In this document: in pieces, positions 1-11,430 of the stretch
How positions within the stretch are numbered: position 1 is the first letter of the stretch
Layout: the number at the start of each line of letters is the position of its first letter
Assembly (NCBI GenBank): GCA_951406725.2
Contig: OX597817.1
Span: 57,040,001 to 57,104,000, forward strand
Direction: 5' to 3'
DNA length: 64,000 bases
Source: Octopus vulgaris
Lineage: Eukaryota
Notes under the pieces: generated by a model
The model's input: the letters and a program-made list of their open reading frames with translations, nothing else
What the model was told of the DNA's origin: nothing
Databases searched by the model: none
Translations under genes and position numbers: made by a program

Positions 1-149
1 CCCATCCTCTCTTCTTTGATTTTTTCAAAAAGCTCGGAGAGCTTTTCCTTTGGTAGTTCGACGTTTTCAGTAGCCACCGCGGTAACTGCTGAAAATTTCT
101 TAACTGGCTCTTCCAGTGAATTTTTCTCTGAAATTATTTCGACCGACAT
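1..149 (-). mobile_element. Start of an ORF running off the window, probably ORF1 of a non-LTR retrotransposon
   Basis: ATG at 147-149 (minus) opens MSVEIISEKNSLEEPVKKFSAVTAVATENVELPKEKLSELFEKIKEERM with no stop to the window edge; it is preceded by tandem ~150-bp repeats and lies near a zinc-knuckle ORF1 remnant. Identity is inferred. Confidence 0.35.
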
Positions 150-179
150 ATTCGTTCGAAATAAATTTATACACAATTT

Positions 180-600
180 AATCCCAGAAAACGGGAAACC
201 TATAATTTTTTTACTTTTTTCCCCTCTCAACGAGGACAACAGTTCAAATCCCACCCCCGCTGGGAGGCGAGACGTAACTACAAAGCCTACAACGGTCGAA
301 ATTAAATTTTTCCCACAATAATAAAAATACGGTATCCTAAAAAAAGGGAAACCTATAATATGTTGTTGTTTTTTTCCCTCATAACGAGGACAACAGTTCA
401 AATCTCACCCCCGCTATGGGGCAGGGTGCCACAATAAAGCCTACAACGGCTAAAATTAATTTTTTCACACAATAATAAATTGATTATCCTAAAAAACGGG
501 AAACCTATATTTTTTCCTCTTAATGAGGATAACAGTTCAATCCCAACCCCGCTGGGGGTGGAGGGCACAACAATAAAGCCTGCAACGGCTTTAACAAGTT
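180..600. repeat. Three diverged tandem ~150-bp units
   Basis: Unit AAAACGGGAAACCTATA...GAGGACAACAGTTCAAATCCCACCCCCGCT...AAAGCCTACAACGG recurs at ~185, ~340 and ~490; a partial inverted copy (CGGGGGTGGGATTTGAAC) lies at ~3355-3373. Confidence 0.85.
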
Positions 601-1220
601 CAATATTTCAACAATTCACAACTGCAAAATGGCCTTACACAAACAATTACTTTCTCCCGTCACCGAGAAAAAGCACAAACATTTTCAAAGTTTAACGGTT
701 CAACAATGTTCAACAGTTCGAAAATGTTCAACAATAAACAGTTAACAATTCCAGCAGAAAAATTATCCAACGTTCAACAAAACGTTTGACTCACTGCCAA
801 AAAAACACTTCTAACCACGAGACAGGCAAGCAAGATACTTTTATTCATTAAATTTGCCATATTCATGTTATTCATTAAATTTGCCATAGATAAGGTAGCT
901 TTGCGGGCTGGACATAGACATTGATGAGGCGAATGATTATGATTCAAAAATGATAAAGATGAGAGAAGACAGAAAGCGTCCGCCAACCCTCTGTTTTTCT
1001 CTAAAACATTGTTCTTTAAAAACGCATATACAGAGGTATTAACCCTCTTGCAATTTAAAATACAATATATCTGGACTAAAAGGTCCTTACAATTATAAAA
1101 CACAATTTATACACAAATTGGAGGCGATAAACCTCTACAATCCTTCCCCGAGTAATTTTCTTGCAACTTGCAGGTATTCCTGCGACCGCAATCCAGAGCT
1201 CCAAAAAAGAATTCTATAAT

Positions 1221-1610
1221 TGGCGCAGGAGTGGCTGTGTGGTAAGTAGCTTGTTTACCAACCACATGGTTCCGGATTCAGTCCCACTACGTGGCACTTT
1301 GGGCAAGTGTCTTCTACTATAGCCTCGGGCCGACCAAAGCCTTGTGAGTGGATTTGGTAAACGGAAACTGAAAGAAGCCCGTCGTATATATGTATATGCG
1401 TGTGTGTGTTTGTGTGTCTGTGTTTGTCTCCCTAGCATTGCTTGACAACCGATGCTGGTGTGTTTATGTCCCCGTTACTTAGTGGTTCGGCAAAAGAGAC
1501 CGATAGAATAAGTACTGGGCTTACAAAAGAATAAGTCCCGGGGTCGAGTTTCTCGATTAAAGGCGGTGCTCCAGCATGGCCGCAGTCAAATGACTGAAAC
1601 AAGTAAAAGA
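1221..1610 (+). mobile_element. tRNA-derived SINE family A, near full length
   Basis: A-box-like TGGCTGTGTGG, B-box-like GATTCAGTCCC, body GGCAAGTGTCTTCTACTATAGCC...GGAAACTGAAAGAAGCCC, internal (GT)n, tail CCAGCATGGCCGCAGTC...GACTGAAACAAGTAAAAGA; more than ten copies in the window. Confidence 0.9.
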
Positions 1611-2460
1611 GTAATTCTCGTTTTCACACGAGTCAATTATCAGATCGCAGTACTTTCTTTCCAGCACCAGAGCAGCCACCTGCGAAGGCCACTCTGGGCT
1701 GTCAATACAAGTCGGGCCCCTCAGGATCCGACTATCCATATCATTCTCCACGAAACTGTCAATAGCCCCTCCCCTGAGGAAGCAGAACATACATTCTTCA
1801 CCACTTTCACTGGGAGGGGCCTCAACTCCCACGCACGGTGGCACACATCCCACTGACGAGGTTATCTTCTTCCCCCTACCTTCGGTGGCACACATACCAC
1901 CAAAGGGGTTTCGGGACATGCCGTCGCCGGCACTGCCCCCTTTATCTTTTTTCTCTTCTTTTTTTCCTTTTACGATGGGAGGGTGCAGTTCCTCCAACAT
2001 CTCCGGAGGAGCCCCTCCCCCCGCCGTCTCAGGATCCATCGGTGGGCAACCATTGTTGCCCACCTTCTTTCTTTTCTTCCTCTTTGCTTTCGAGGAGGTT
2101 ACCTCCTCCTCGACTTTTTCCTCCGCTGGGAGAGCAGGGGACACCTTTTCAATTAACTGTTCCAGGACTCTTGCTTGGTCCCGGCGACAGTTCTTTATAT
2201 GACCCGATTCCAGGCACAGGTGACACTTGCGGGGACGTCCTTCAACCATCACCGGATACCTGGAACCGGCCATTGTTAAAAACAACCAGATCATCGGCTG
2301 ATTGGGTCCATTGGGTCAAAATTGCTTTTGACCCGACCCAATCAACCGCAGGCAACATTTTTACATTTAAGAGCCTGGCAGGGCCGCCACCCAGGCCCCG
2401 ACAGATAGTGTCTTCTATCCACTCGGCTTCTATACCGTTCAGAGAGAGAGGTGGGGATTA
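1611..2460 (-). mobile_element. Degraded ORF1 (gag-like zinc knuckle) of an L1/Tx1-type LINE
   Basis: Translation has VMVEGRPRK-CHLCLESGHIKNC (shortened CX2CX4HX4C knuckle) followed by a Lys/Glu-rich low-complexity region; the last part of track ORF 1557-2294 reads into the adjacent SINE. Confidence 0.65.
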
Positions 2461-3055
2461 AAAAGGGGGAAAATATCCAAAACTGTCTAGCAATAATTTT
2501 AATTGTACAGTGACCTGAGAATGAATTTATCAACGACGAATTGACCGGGGAGAAATTAACCGACGACAAAATAAAAAGTGGACGAATTGTCCTAGCACCG
2601 ATATACAGACATGGCTAATTTTACGTAAATATTGCCTCCCTTGTGCATGCCAGATGTGTGTGTGTGTCTGTCGCCAATGTATCTCGGCAGAGAAAATAAA
2701 AAATCGTTTAGCTAACTGAAAAACGGGTGCTTTTCGATGAGAATCTCTGACAATGTTTGTTCTATCGAACTCTTGACACTCCCTTGTCACTCTCACAAAT
2801 GCAGCGAAATAATTATTGAATCACTGGAGAACTAAACTGCAACAAAGGACGCCATTATTCACCTATTGCTTTGTAAACTAATCCATACAAAAGTGCAGGC
2901 GGGGCCCATGTAGTTTGCTTCTGGTTGAAGACTTCGATCGTGGTTTTTTGCGCTCTGTGAGTTGTCATTTTTTTTTTTATTGTTGATTATTGTAAACTTT
3001 TGTTGAAAATTGTTTTTTTTTTGTTGTGAACTGTTGCCTATTTGCAGGTTGTGTT

Positions 3056-3193
3056 ACACTCATCCGCAATATTTGTACATTCATCCGTTTTTTTCATACT
3101 GTATATAAGAAGCGAGTTCCTACCCTAAATGTCCCTTGTCTGTCCTTGTAATGTCCCCTCTATGTAAACCTTTTATAGGTTAATAAAGAAATA
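3056..3193 (+). mobile_element. 5'-truncated retroposon 3' end with 17-bp target-site duplication
   Basis: TATTTGCAGGTTGTGTT at 3039-3055 and 3194-3210 flanks a 138-bp insert ending AATAAAGAAATA; a related 3' end (TGTCCCCTCTATGTAA...AATAAAG) occurs at ~3915-3978. Confidence 0.75.
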
Positions 3194-3465
3194 TATTTGC
3201 AGGTTGTGTTGGACAATCTTATTCCTCGGTCTTCCGGGGAATAGTAAAAATTTCTGAAGCCATTCGGCAATCGTATATTCGTGGATTCATCAACGGAGTA
3301 CATTTTTTAAATTTAGCCTTTGTAGACACTGTTAAACTGCGCGCGACCCCCAAACGGGGGTGGGATTTGAACTGCTGTTCCTATTACGAGGAATTTATTC
3401 TTTGAACTGTGAGGGGGGGGAGAGGGGAACCTACAATTTTCTTTTGAAAAAAATCTGTATTTAGC

Positions 3466-3795
3466 CGTTCCCTGTATTCAGTCCCACTACGTGGTACCTT
3501 AGGCAAGTGTCTTCTACTATAGCCTCGAGCCGACTAAAGCCTTGTGAGTGGATTTGGTTGACGGAAACTGAAAGAAGCCGTCGTGTATATGTATATATAT
3601 GTGTGTGTTTGTGTCTGTGTTTGTCCCCCCAACATCGCTTGACAACCGATGCTGGTGTGTTAGCGGATCGGCAAAAGGGGCGGATAGGAATAAGTATTGG
3701 GCTTACAAAGAATAAGTCCTGGGATCGATTTGCTCGACTATAGGCGGTGCTCCAGCATGGCCACACTCAAATGACTGAATCAAGTAAAAGAATAA
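3466..3795 (+). mobile_element. SINE family A, 5'-truncated
   Basis: Same body and tail as 1221-1610. Confidence 0.85.
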
Positions 3796-3975
3796 AGGCA
3801 TTATAAACTAGTTTTTTTTTTTTACGGGTATTAACAGGTTCAATGAAGTCACTCGGAGGTGGGGGAGCGAATGGCTTCATTTCATTTTTCATTATATAAA
3901 TTCATTCTTTTCATTCTGTCCCCACCTTGTGCTGTCCCCTCTATGTAAGGCCTTCACGGCCAATTTCATAAAATA

Positions 3976-4285
3976 AAGAAGCTTGCTTCCCAACCACATC
4001 GTTGTAGGTTCGGTTCCACTACGTGACACCTTGGACAAGTGTCTTCTTTATAACCTCGGACCGACCAAAGACATGTGACAGGATATAGTAGACGGAAACT
4101 GAAAGAAGCCCGCCGTGTGTGTGTGTGTGTGTGCGCGTGTTGTCCCCCACCACCGCTTAACAACCGGTGTTGGTGTGTTTACTTTCCCATAACTTAGCGG
4201 TTCAGTAAAAGAGACCGATAGAATAAGTATCTGGCTAAACAAACAAATAAAAGAATGGCCGCAGTCTAATGACTGAAACAAGTAA
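3976..4285 (+). mobile_element. SINE family A
   Basis: GAAGCTTGCTTCCCAACCAC head remnant, body, (GT)n and GACTGAAACAAGTAAA tail. Confidence 0.85.
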
Positions 4286-4539
4286 AGGCTAAATATTTTT
4301 AAGAAATTCGTCTCGAAGTGAAAAACTAGAGATCGAATCACTAGATTAATGTTAATAAAATGTTTTTACCCCCAATTAGTCAGACACTCCTCTGCTATAT
4401 TATATTAACCAGGTGAAGTGGGACACACATCCTCTTGGTTATTCAAACAACTTCCCTGTTGCTCTTTTTTTCTTAATATATTCGTTTATAATTTAACTTT
4501 TGACCTCTTTTAGATTTAACCACCTGCCACTGGAATTTC

Positions 4540-4995
4540 GTGTGCGCATGTGCATGCATGCATGTGGGGGGGAGTTGCGGGTGTGTATATAACGTGTGAA
4601 TGTGTGTATGTTTGAGTCAGTGTATGTGTGCGTGCGGATGTGTGTGTGTGTGTATATGTGTGAATTTTAGTGCGTGTATGTGTGCGCGCGGATATGTGTG
4701 TGCAAGTGCGTGTATCTGTGTATATGCGTTTGTGTGTATATGTATGTGTGCGCGCGGATATGTGTGTGCAAGTGCGTGTATCTGTGTATATGCGTTTGTG
4801 TGTAAATGTTTGAGTACGTACGGATATGTGTATGTGTGCAAGTGTATGTATCTGTGTATGTGTTAATGTATGTTTGCGTGCGTATGTGTGCGCGTGTGTG
4901 TATGTATGTGTGTGCGTGTTGCCGTGCATGTTTGTGCGCCCGTATGTGTCTGTGTGCATGTATATGTGCGTGTGCGCGTACCTGACTGCATGTGC
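4540..4995. repeat. Degenerate (GT/AT/GC) compound microsatellite
   Basis: Continuous purine-pyrimidine alternation, with a ~70-bp internal duplication (4677-4745 vs 4742-4805). Confidence 0.9.
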
Positions 4996-5580
4996 TATTG
5001 TTAGTGGTATGTAGCCCACGGTCAACCGTGGCCATCCCATCTGTTTGTGCATCAGACACTGCACATAGACAGACACACACATACAAGTTGTAGGTACATT
5101 AGTTTGTCTGTCTGCCTGCCTGTTTATGTGTCAGCATTTTGCTGTTGTTTTTTAGACCCAGGCAGAGTCGTATTAAGACCCATAAAGGCCCTACAGCCCT
5201 AAACACTTAAGATTTTGGTGCTCCTGTATATATATAATTCAATATATAAGCAACAATAATCCACAAAATAAATTATTTTTCAAAATGAAATAAAACAATG
5301 ACGGAAAAATAATCTTTATTTTTGTATATATTTGAAAAGTTTTCTATTTTATTTTATTTGACACCATGAGCACGTCGAGATTATATTCCCGATCATATAA
5401 ACCATTTTGGATATTACTTCAGTAAATTTAAGGTGATTTCTTTTGTGCCGTAAACCATTTACTACTTTTGTGGTACCCCACACAAACGCACACTTTCCTT
5501 GATGAAATAAATACAGGCATATTTTGCTTAATGGTTAATCCAGCTCTGACCACAGGCCGCTGATGATCATCTTGTCAGAT

Positions 5581-5628
<48 letters not shown>

Positions 5629-5697
5629 CAACAATTGAGGGTAAAATTAATTAATTAATCAATTTCACCAAGTATTCAGTATGCAAAGGGACCCTTT

Positions 5698-5749
<52 letters not shown>

Positions 5750-6658
5750 GACATTATCCAAATTGTTTGCCTTTTTTTAAAGAGTGAATGATTGACTTCA
5801 AAGAGATTTAGCTACTAATTCTAGCAAGTCGAGGACTGCAGTGTCAATTGTGTGCGTGTGTTTGTGTCGCAAGAACGTAAACTACTTGATTCATTCCTTC
5901 GTTATGGATGACTTCTATAGCCCAAAAGTTTTGAGATGGAATTGACACAAAATTCCTCTGAATGAAAACTCTTATAAGGTGGGCCACTTTGGAGCGACCT
6001 CAGCGAAAATTTAGTTTATATAAATCAGACCCCGACATATTACAGCAGCAAATTAGATCTAGGAAAGAGATGATGATTTGGTTTAAATCCATCGTATAAA
6101 TTTGCAGTCACCACGAACATGGGCGAGAATTTCCCAACTCGAACGAGATCTTCCAGAGGCTTGTGTAAAATCTGTAAAATTGGTGTTCAATGGGAAATTC
6201 CACAGAAAGCATTGTCCGATAATGTTCCTGGGATCAATTGTCTGACCAATACATCCTTTACCTGTCCTGAATCCTGCTTTCTTTTCCCTTGGCTTTTTGG
6301 CCGAGGCTGATTCAAACCATTTATCTTTTTTTTTTTGTCTCTTACTTGTTTCAGTCATTTGGCTGTGGCCGTGCTGGGCACCACTTTGAAGTTTTGGCCG
6401 AATGAATCCACCCTAGTTCTTATTTTTGTTAAACCTGGTACTTACTCCATCGGTCTCTTTGCTTTGAATTTTCTTCAGAAAGTGGTCTATATTTCTGACG
6501 GTTAGTTGGGGTGGGGCGCTAAGATTGTGGCTTGGGTGTTAAGTGGGCGGCAGCCCGAAAAAGTTTGGGAACCACTGCACTAGGCCATGTGCTTCCATGC
6601 AAATCAATCTTGCTAATTTAGCTAAGTATTACTTTGTCAATAATTTACAAAGATAAAT

Positions 6659-7095
6659 GTGGTGAGCTGGCAGAATCGTTAACACGTCGGACAAAATGCT
6701 TAGCGGCATTTCGTCCGACTTTACGTTTTATGTTCAAATAACGCAGAGGTTGACTTTGCCTTTCGTCCTTTCGGGTTCGATAAAATAAGCTCCAGTTGAA
6801 TATTGGTCGATGTAATCCGCTTACCAATTCTACGAAATTGCTGGCATTGTGACCAACATTGAAACTAACATATGCATGGATTAAAGCGGCGAGGAAAATG
6901 GATTAACACACCGGAAGAAATGCTTAGCGGCATTTCGTCCGGCTTTACGTTCTGCGTTCAAATTCTGCTGGGGTTGACTTTGCCTTTCATTCTTTCGGGG
7001 TCGATAAAATAAGTACCGGTTGTCTATTGGGATCGATATTATCGACTTAACCTTTCCCCGAAATTGCTAGCCTTGTACCTAAATTTGAAACCGAT
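6659..7095 (+). mobile_element. Two tandem copies of SINE family B (Nin/Deu-domain type)
   Basis: Head GGTGAGCTGGCAGAATCGTTA...AAATGCTTAGCGG, then GTTCAAATTC and the core GACTTTGCCTTTCATCCTTTCGGGGTCGATAAAATAAGTACC, which resembles the Nin domain of invertebrate SINEs. Confidence 0.85.
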
Positions 7096-8186
7096 TTAAA
7101 GAGAGATTAGTATGAAGTTATATTCTTTTCTGTGCATCTGGAGAATAAGATATATTCAAATTCAAACACGTTACAACTCTAGTCTAATTCTATTAAGTTG
7201 TGTGTCTGCAACAGCAAAATAGCCCTGATTTGCATGTTACCACGGTGTAAGGACACAAAGCTGTATATATATCCAACTTTTAAAATGATATAAATCAAAT
7301 TGAAAAGATTGATCGAGATTAGGATTTTGGGGTGGTTTCACCTGGCGAATTATCAAAAGAACTTGTGAAATATTGCTTATGTCATTCCAGATGGCATGAA
7401 GGATAGTGGGACATGGTAGGAGAGGGCAATAGTGTTTAAAACGAATGACAATCAAGGTGAGGATCCGGTTGGCTTACTAAGTCACCAATGAAAACGCGGA
7501 ATAAAAAAGATAATGAAAAATGAATAGAAAATAGACACAATATAATACCCTGAAATAAGATCGAATTGAATGAAATTTTGTGAGATGTTTAAACATATAG
7601 GCGTTTGCGTGACTGTGAAGTAAGGAGCTTACTTCTCAACTAAATGGTTCTGGGTTCAATCCTATGCGTAGAACTTTGGGCGTCTTCAATAGCCTCTGGC
7701 CAATTAAGGCATTGTGAGTGGACTTGGTAAACGAAAACTGAAAGAAGCCTGTCGTATATGTACATATACATGTTTATATATTCTGTATATTCCGAAAGAA
7801 TCCTAATCTAATCCTTATTGTCTTCTGAAAATCTTGATGAGTTTCCTTATAAGGTATTTAAAAGGCAAAAGTATATCTTTATATATGTTTTGTAATTTTA
7901 ATCTTGGGAAATGAAACAATTGTTGATTAATATGTAGACTAATTAATAAATTAATCTGTATCCATGAGATCTTTCTCTTTTCTAACTCAATAAAAATGTT
8001 TGATATCTTAATATTCTATATAATGTATTCATTGAAGAATTACCTCTTCAAAATTTAATATATTAAACCAGTGTATCTGGGATAAATATCCCTAAAAGAG
8101 CTTTGTATATCCTCATTGTGACTATATATAGGAGCACTCTGTCGGTTATGATGACGAGGGTCCCAGCTGATACGACCAATGGAACA

Positions 8187-8460
8187 GCATCCTAATATGC
8201 TACAAAACCCTTTTGGGGGTCCGAAAAACAGAGTGGGGTGAGGTGGAAGCCTCGGAAATTTCACCACCCGCCCATCCCCACTCATCTTTTTAGGGTTAGG
8301 GAAATCCGTCCCGGATTCATTGGAAAGTTTTTTTTTTCCTTAGTGAAAATCGTGCGGGTGAAAAGATCAATGGGCGTGGGGGTGAAATTTCCGAAGCTTC
8401 CACCTCACCCCCAAACCATTTTTCGGACCCCAAAAAGGGTTTTGTAGTATATTAGGATGT
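8187..8460. repeat. Inverted repeat of ~90 bp (MITE-like fold-back)
   Basis: CATCCTAATATGCTACAAAACCCTTTTGGGGGTCCGAAAAA...GGGGTGAGGTGGAAGCCTCGGAAATTTCACC is mirrored by GGTGAAATTTCCGAAGCTTCCACCTCACCCC...TTTTTCGGACCCCAAAAAGGGTTTTGTAGTATATTAGGATG. Confidence 0.75.
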
Positions 8461-9024
8461 CACAGGAATTCATTCAACGAAAAAAAAATTTCCAATGATT
8501 CCGGAAAGGGGAAGGGTCTCCCCCCTTCGCCCCCTCCCCCGCCTTTTCCGAACCAAAATAAGGGATTTGCAGTATATTAGGTCAGAGTACTTGATTCCAC
8601 GCAAAAAATCCAAGTTTTTTTTTTTTTTTTTTTTTTCAGTGAAAATCGTACTGGAGTTACTCTGAAAATTTACCGACAACTCAATACATTTTCAGCCTGG
8701 ATAGATCTTCAAGGTAGACCTCGTGTATCCTCGGACTCCTCGCTGCTGATTTCCTCTGCAAAATCGGGATAACTGCGGCCCGGCTGAGAAATGAGCGCCG
8801 TCTGGTGGGATGGTTGCTGCAGCGAGTATCGCCGGCCAATCTCCATGGCAACGCTTTTGCAATCATGTTCGTGAGGCGCAGCTGGACACACCATATGGTC
8901 TGGCACATACAACCTCTTGCTCCCCACCCGTCATCTTAACCACTCCACATGCGCACCTCACTTTTTTACTTTTAGGTAGTTATGGGGGGAGGCGGTTCTC
9001 GAAAATTTGATTTTATACTTTTAA

Positions 9025-9400
9025 CTAGCAGTATAGCCCGGCGTTGCTCGGGTTTGTTTCGACCCTTTAGAATTGGAAATTTTGAAAAGTAAAAATTTTG
9101 CATAATGTAGCTTGTTATTCTCTTTAAGGGAAATACACCGAAGAATGGCGACACAGCAGACAAAAAATCGTAAAAAATAAGGATTTTCATAGTAAAAAAA
9201 GCACCTTTTGATGTAAATAATTTTTGGTGTTAACATGGTCCAATTTGAAATTTTTCTTCTACGGAAGGAAGAGCAAGCCTTCTTCTATCATACTCTCAAT
9301 TTTGGTCAACTTGCGCCTCAGGGCCTCGGAGGAGACAGTGTTAGTTGAAGGCTACCAAACCTGCCATACACAGACAACTTCAGCTTTACATATAGAGAGA
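9025..9400 (-). mobile_element. Non-autonomous Helitron
   Basis: On the minus strand it starts A|TCTCTCTATA and ends CTAG|T, with a subterminal hairpin CCCGAGCAACGCCGGG ~12 nt from the end: the 5'-TC / hairpin / CTRR-3' pattern with insertion between A and T. Confidence 0.75.
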
Positions 9401-9996
9401 TTTTCCTTCGATTTTTCCTTTCACTAGATCTATGTTGTTAATAAAACGTCCATTTTGAAAGCAAACACATAAAAATAAAAAAATTTTAAATCAATATATT
9501 GCTAAAACGAACCTGTTTTGTTTTTGTATCCCGAAGACAAAATCAAAATTTCAAAAATTCAACATGATAACAATGAATGTGTTTTTTATTTATATATAAT
9601 TTACTTTTTCTCAATGAAAAAAAATTATAGCAACAATAATATCAATGATTTCAAGTTTTAGCACAAGGCCAGCAACTTTGTGGATGAGGGTTAAGTCGAT
9701 TACATCGACCCCAGTGCTCAACTGGTACTTATTTTATCGACCCCGAGAGGATGGAAAACAAAGTTAACCTCGAAGGGATTGCCTTTTATCCGTTGGAGAT
9801 CGATTAAATGAAACACCAGTTAAGTATTTGCAGGTCCCGTGGTATCGACTTATCGCCCGCTTCAAAATTACTGCCCTTATGCCTAAATTAGAAATGAGTA
9901 TTATTTTTAATAATAATAATAATAATAATAGTAATGATAATGATAAACAAGCATGTTTTAAAACAAAACGCAAAGGAGGACGCCCCATGAAAAACC

Positions 9997-10662
9997 CTAC
10001 TCGTTTTTTTTACAAAGTCCACACATTTCCATGGAAACGTCCCACATTTTCTGGGCTAGTCGTTTGTCTTTCGCATAAGGACTCAAATTTTGAGAAATTT
10101 TCATGTTTTCAAAATATTGACCAGACATGTCCTCCAAGTTGGGATCCATAGCCAAATAGGCAACGGTCAGAGCAGCATCTTTAGGTAACATGTTGAATTT
10201 TCTTGATATCAAATCGAAAAAACGGGAGACTATCTTCGCCAGCAACATACCGTTTGTCTTCTGATCTGTTGTTATCTTGGAACCAGACCCACTGTGAACA
10301 CTGATTGTGCTCACTTGATAATCCTTCAGTTTTTCGCTTAAGATTTTAGCGTGCCAAATCTGAGCCAACTTGCTCATGTTGTAACCAAAAAGGTTTGGAT
10401 ATTTTATGTCTGACTCTTGTGTTAGTTGTCGTGAAAAATCTGGTTCTTCTTTGAGGAACGTGTCACCACATGGAATAACGTTGATAACTCGGCTGGGAGA
10501 AGATTTCTTCAGTAGATCGATCAGTAAATAGGTTAACAGAAATGGTCCCACGTAATTAACGCCAAATACATAATCGTACCCTTGTTTGGTTAATTTAAAA
10601 GGACTTAATCCTAATCCAGCGTTGTTGAACAATACATCAATTCGATCTTCCGATGCAGTGAT
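9997..10662 (-). CDS. Retinol dehydrogenase 12/13-like short-chain dehydrogenase/reductase, exon 2 (last coding exon)
   Basis: Acceptor TGTCTTCAG| at 10663 (phase 0); translation ITASEDRIDVLFNNAG...FGVNYVGPFLLTYLLIDLLKKSSPSRVINV...YNMSK...SGQYF...LAQKMWDVS is typical of the RDH11-14/WWOX-like SDR group; stop at 9997-9999. Confidence 0.9.
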   Translation of the reverse strand: MTASEDRIDVLFNNAGLGLSPFKLTKQGYDYVFGVNYVGPFLLTYLLIDLLKKSSPSRVINVIPCGDTFLKEEPDFSRQLTQESDIKYPNLFGYNMSKLAQIWHAKILSEKLKDYQVSTISVHSGSGSKITTDQKTNGMLLAKIVSRFFDLISRKFNMLPKDAALTVAYLAMDPNLEDMSGQYFENMKISQNLSPYAKDKRLAQKMWDVSMEMCGLCKKNE

Positions 10663-10739
10663 CTGAAGACAGAAACAAAACAACAAAGCTAACAACAAAT
10701 TCCGAATACGAAAAACATTTTTTTAAAGAAACTTTCCCA

Positions 10740-11090
10740 GGCGTGGCTATGTGGTAAGAAGCTTGCTTCCCAACCACATGAATCTAGGTTCAGTCCCACT
10801 CATGGCACCTTGGGCAAGTGCCTTCTATAGCCTCGGGCCAACCAAAGCCTTGTGAGTGGATTTGGTAGATGGAAACTGTGTGGAAGCCCGTCATGTGTTT
10901 GTCCCCCATCACCGCTTGACAACCGGTGTTAATTCGTTTACATCTCCATAATGTAGCGGTTCGGCAATAGAGACTGCTAGGATAATTACCAGACTTCAAA
11001 AGCAGAATAAGTATTAGGATCGGTTTATTCGACTAAAACCAGTCAAGATGGTGCTCCAGCATGGGCGCTCTCCAATATCTGAAGCAAGTA
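10740..11090 (+). mobile_element. SINE family A in the SDR intron
   Basis: GGCGTGGCTATGTGGTAAGAAGCTTGCTTCCCAACC head plus family body and tail. Confidence 0.85.
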
Positions 11091-11121
11091 CTAAATTTAA
11101 AAAGAAAACTATATAAAACGA

Positions 11122-11430
11122 TAATACAGTTCTATATTTAAGAGACGAGGAATTATGTACATTATTTACATTCGACAAAACGTTGTGTTAGCAAACAAAA
11201 AAAGAGCCCACGGACATATGGCGTAGTGGTTAAGAGCGCGGTCTACTCACCCTAAGATTCCGAGTTCGATTCCAAGCAGTGACCTGAACAGCAATAATAG
11301 CGACAACAACATCGAAAAATACCTTAGGAATGAGAACCCAGGTTCGAAATTTCTCCAAGACACCAGCTGAAACGTTGTGTTAATAACAAACAAGATGAGG
11401 ACAAATACCCGTCAATTGTAAATAATGTAA
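11122..11430 (+). mobile_element. tRNA-headed SINE-like element with PLE-type 3' end and inverted tail (hammerhead core deleted in this copy)
   Basis: 9-bp TSD ATAAAACGA (11113-11121 / 11431-11439); A box TGGCGTAGTGG 11219-11229; B box GAGTTCGATTCC 11262-11273; body matches 39135-39320; inverted copy of the 3' tail at 11127-11176. Confidence 0.75.

Noticed and set aside
180-600. CRISPR-like repeat array
   Set aside because: Units are ~150-bp diverged tandem repeats without unique spacers, in a eukaryotic context with no cas genes.
8681-8930. GC-richer ORFs possibly from a CRE-like LINE
   Set aside because: Only vague motif resemblance; cannot be assigned.
11212-11285. Possible tRNA gene (A and B boxes, CT-ACT-CA loop)
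   Set aside because: No proper acceptor stem or oligo-T terminator, and it is fused to a repeat body inside a TSD; treated as a SINE head.
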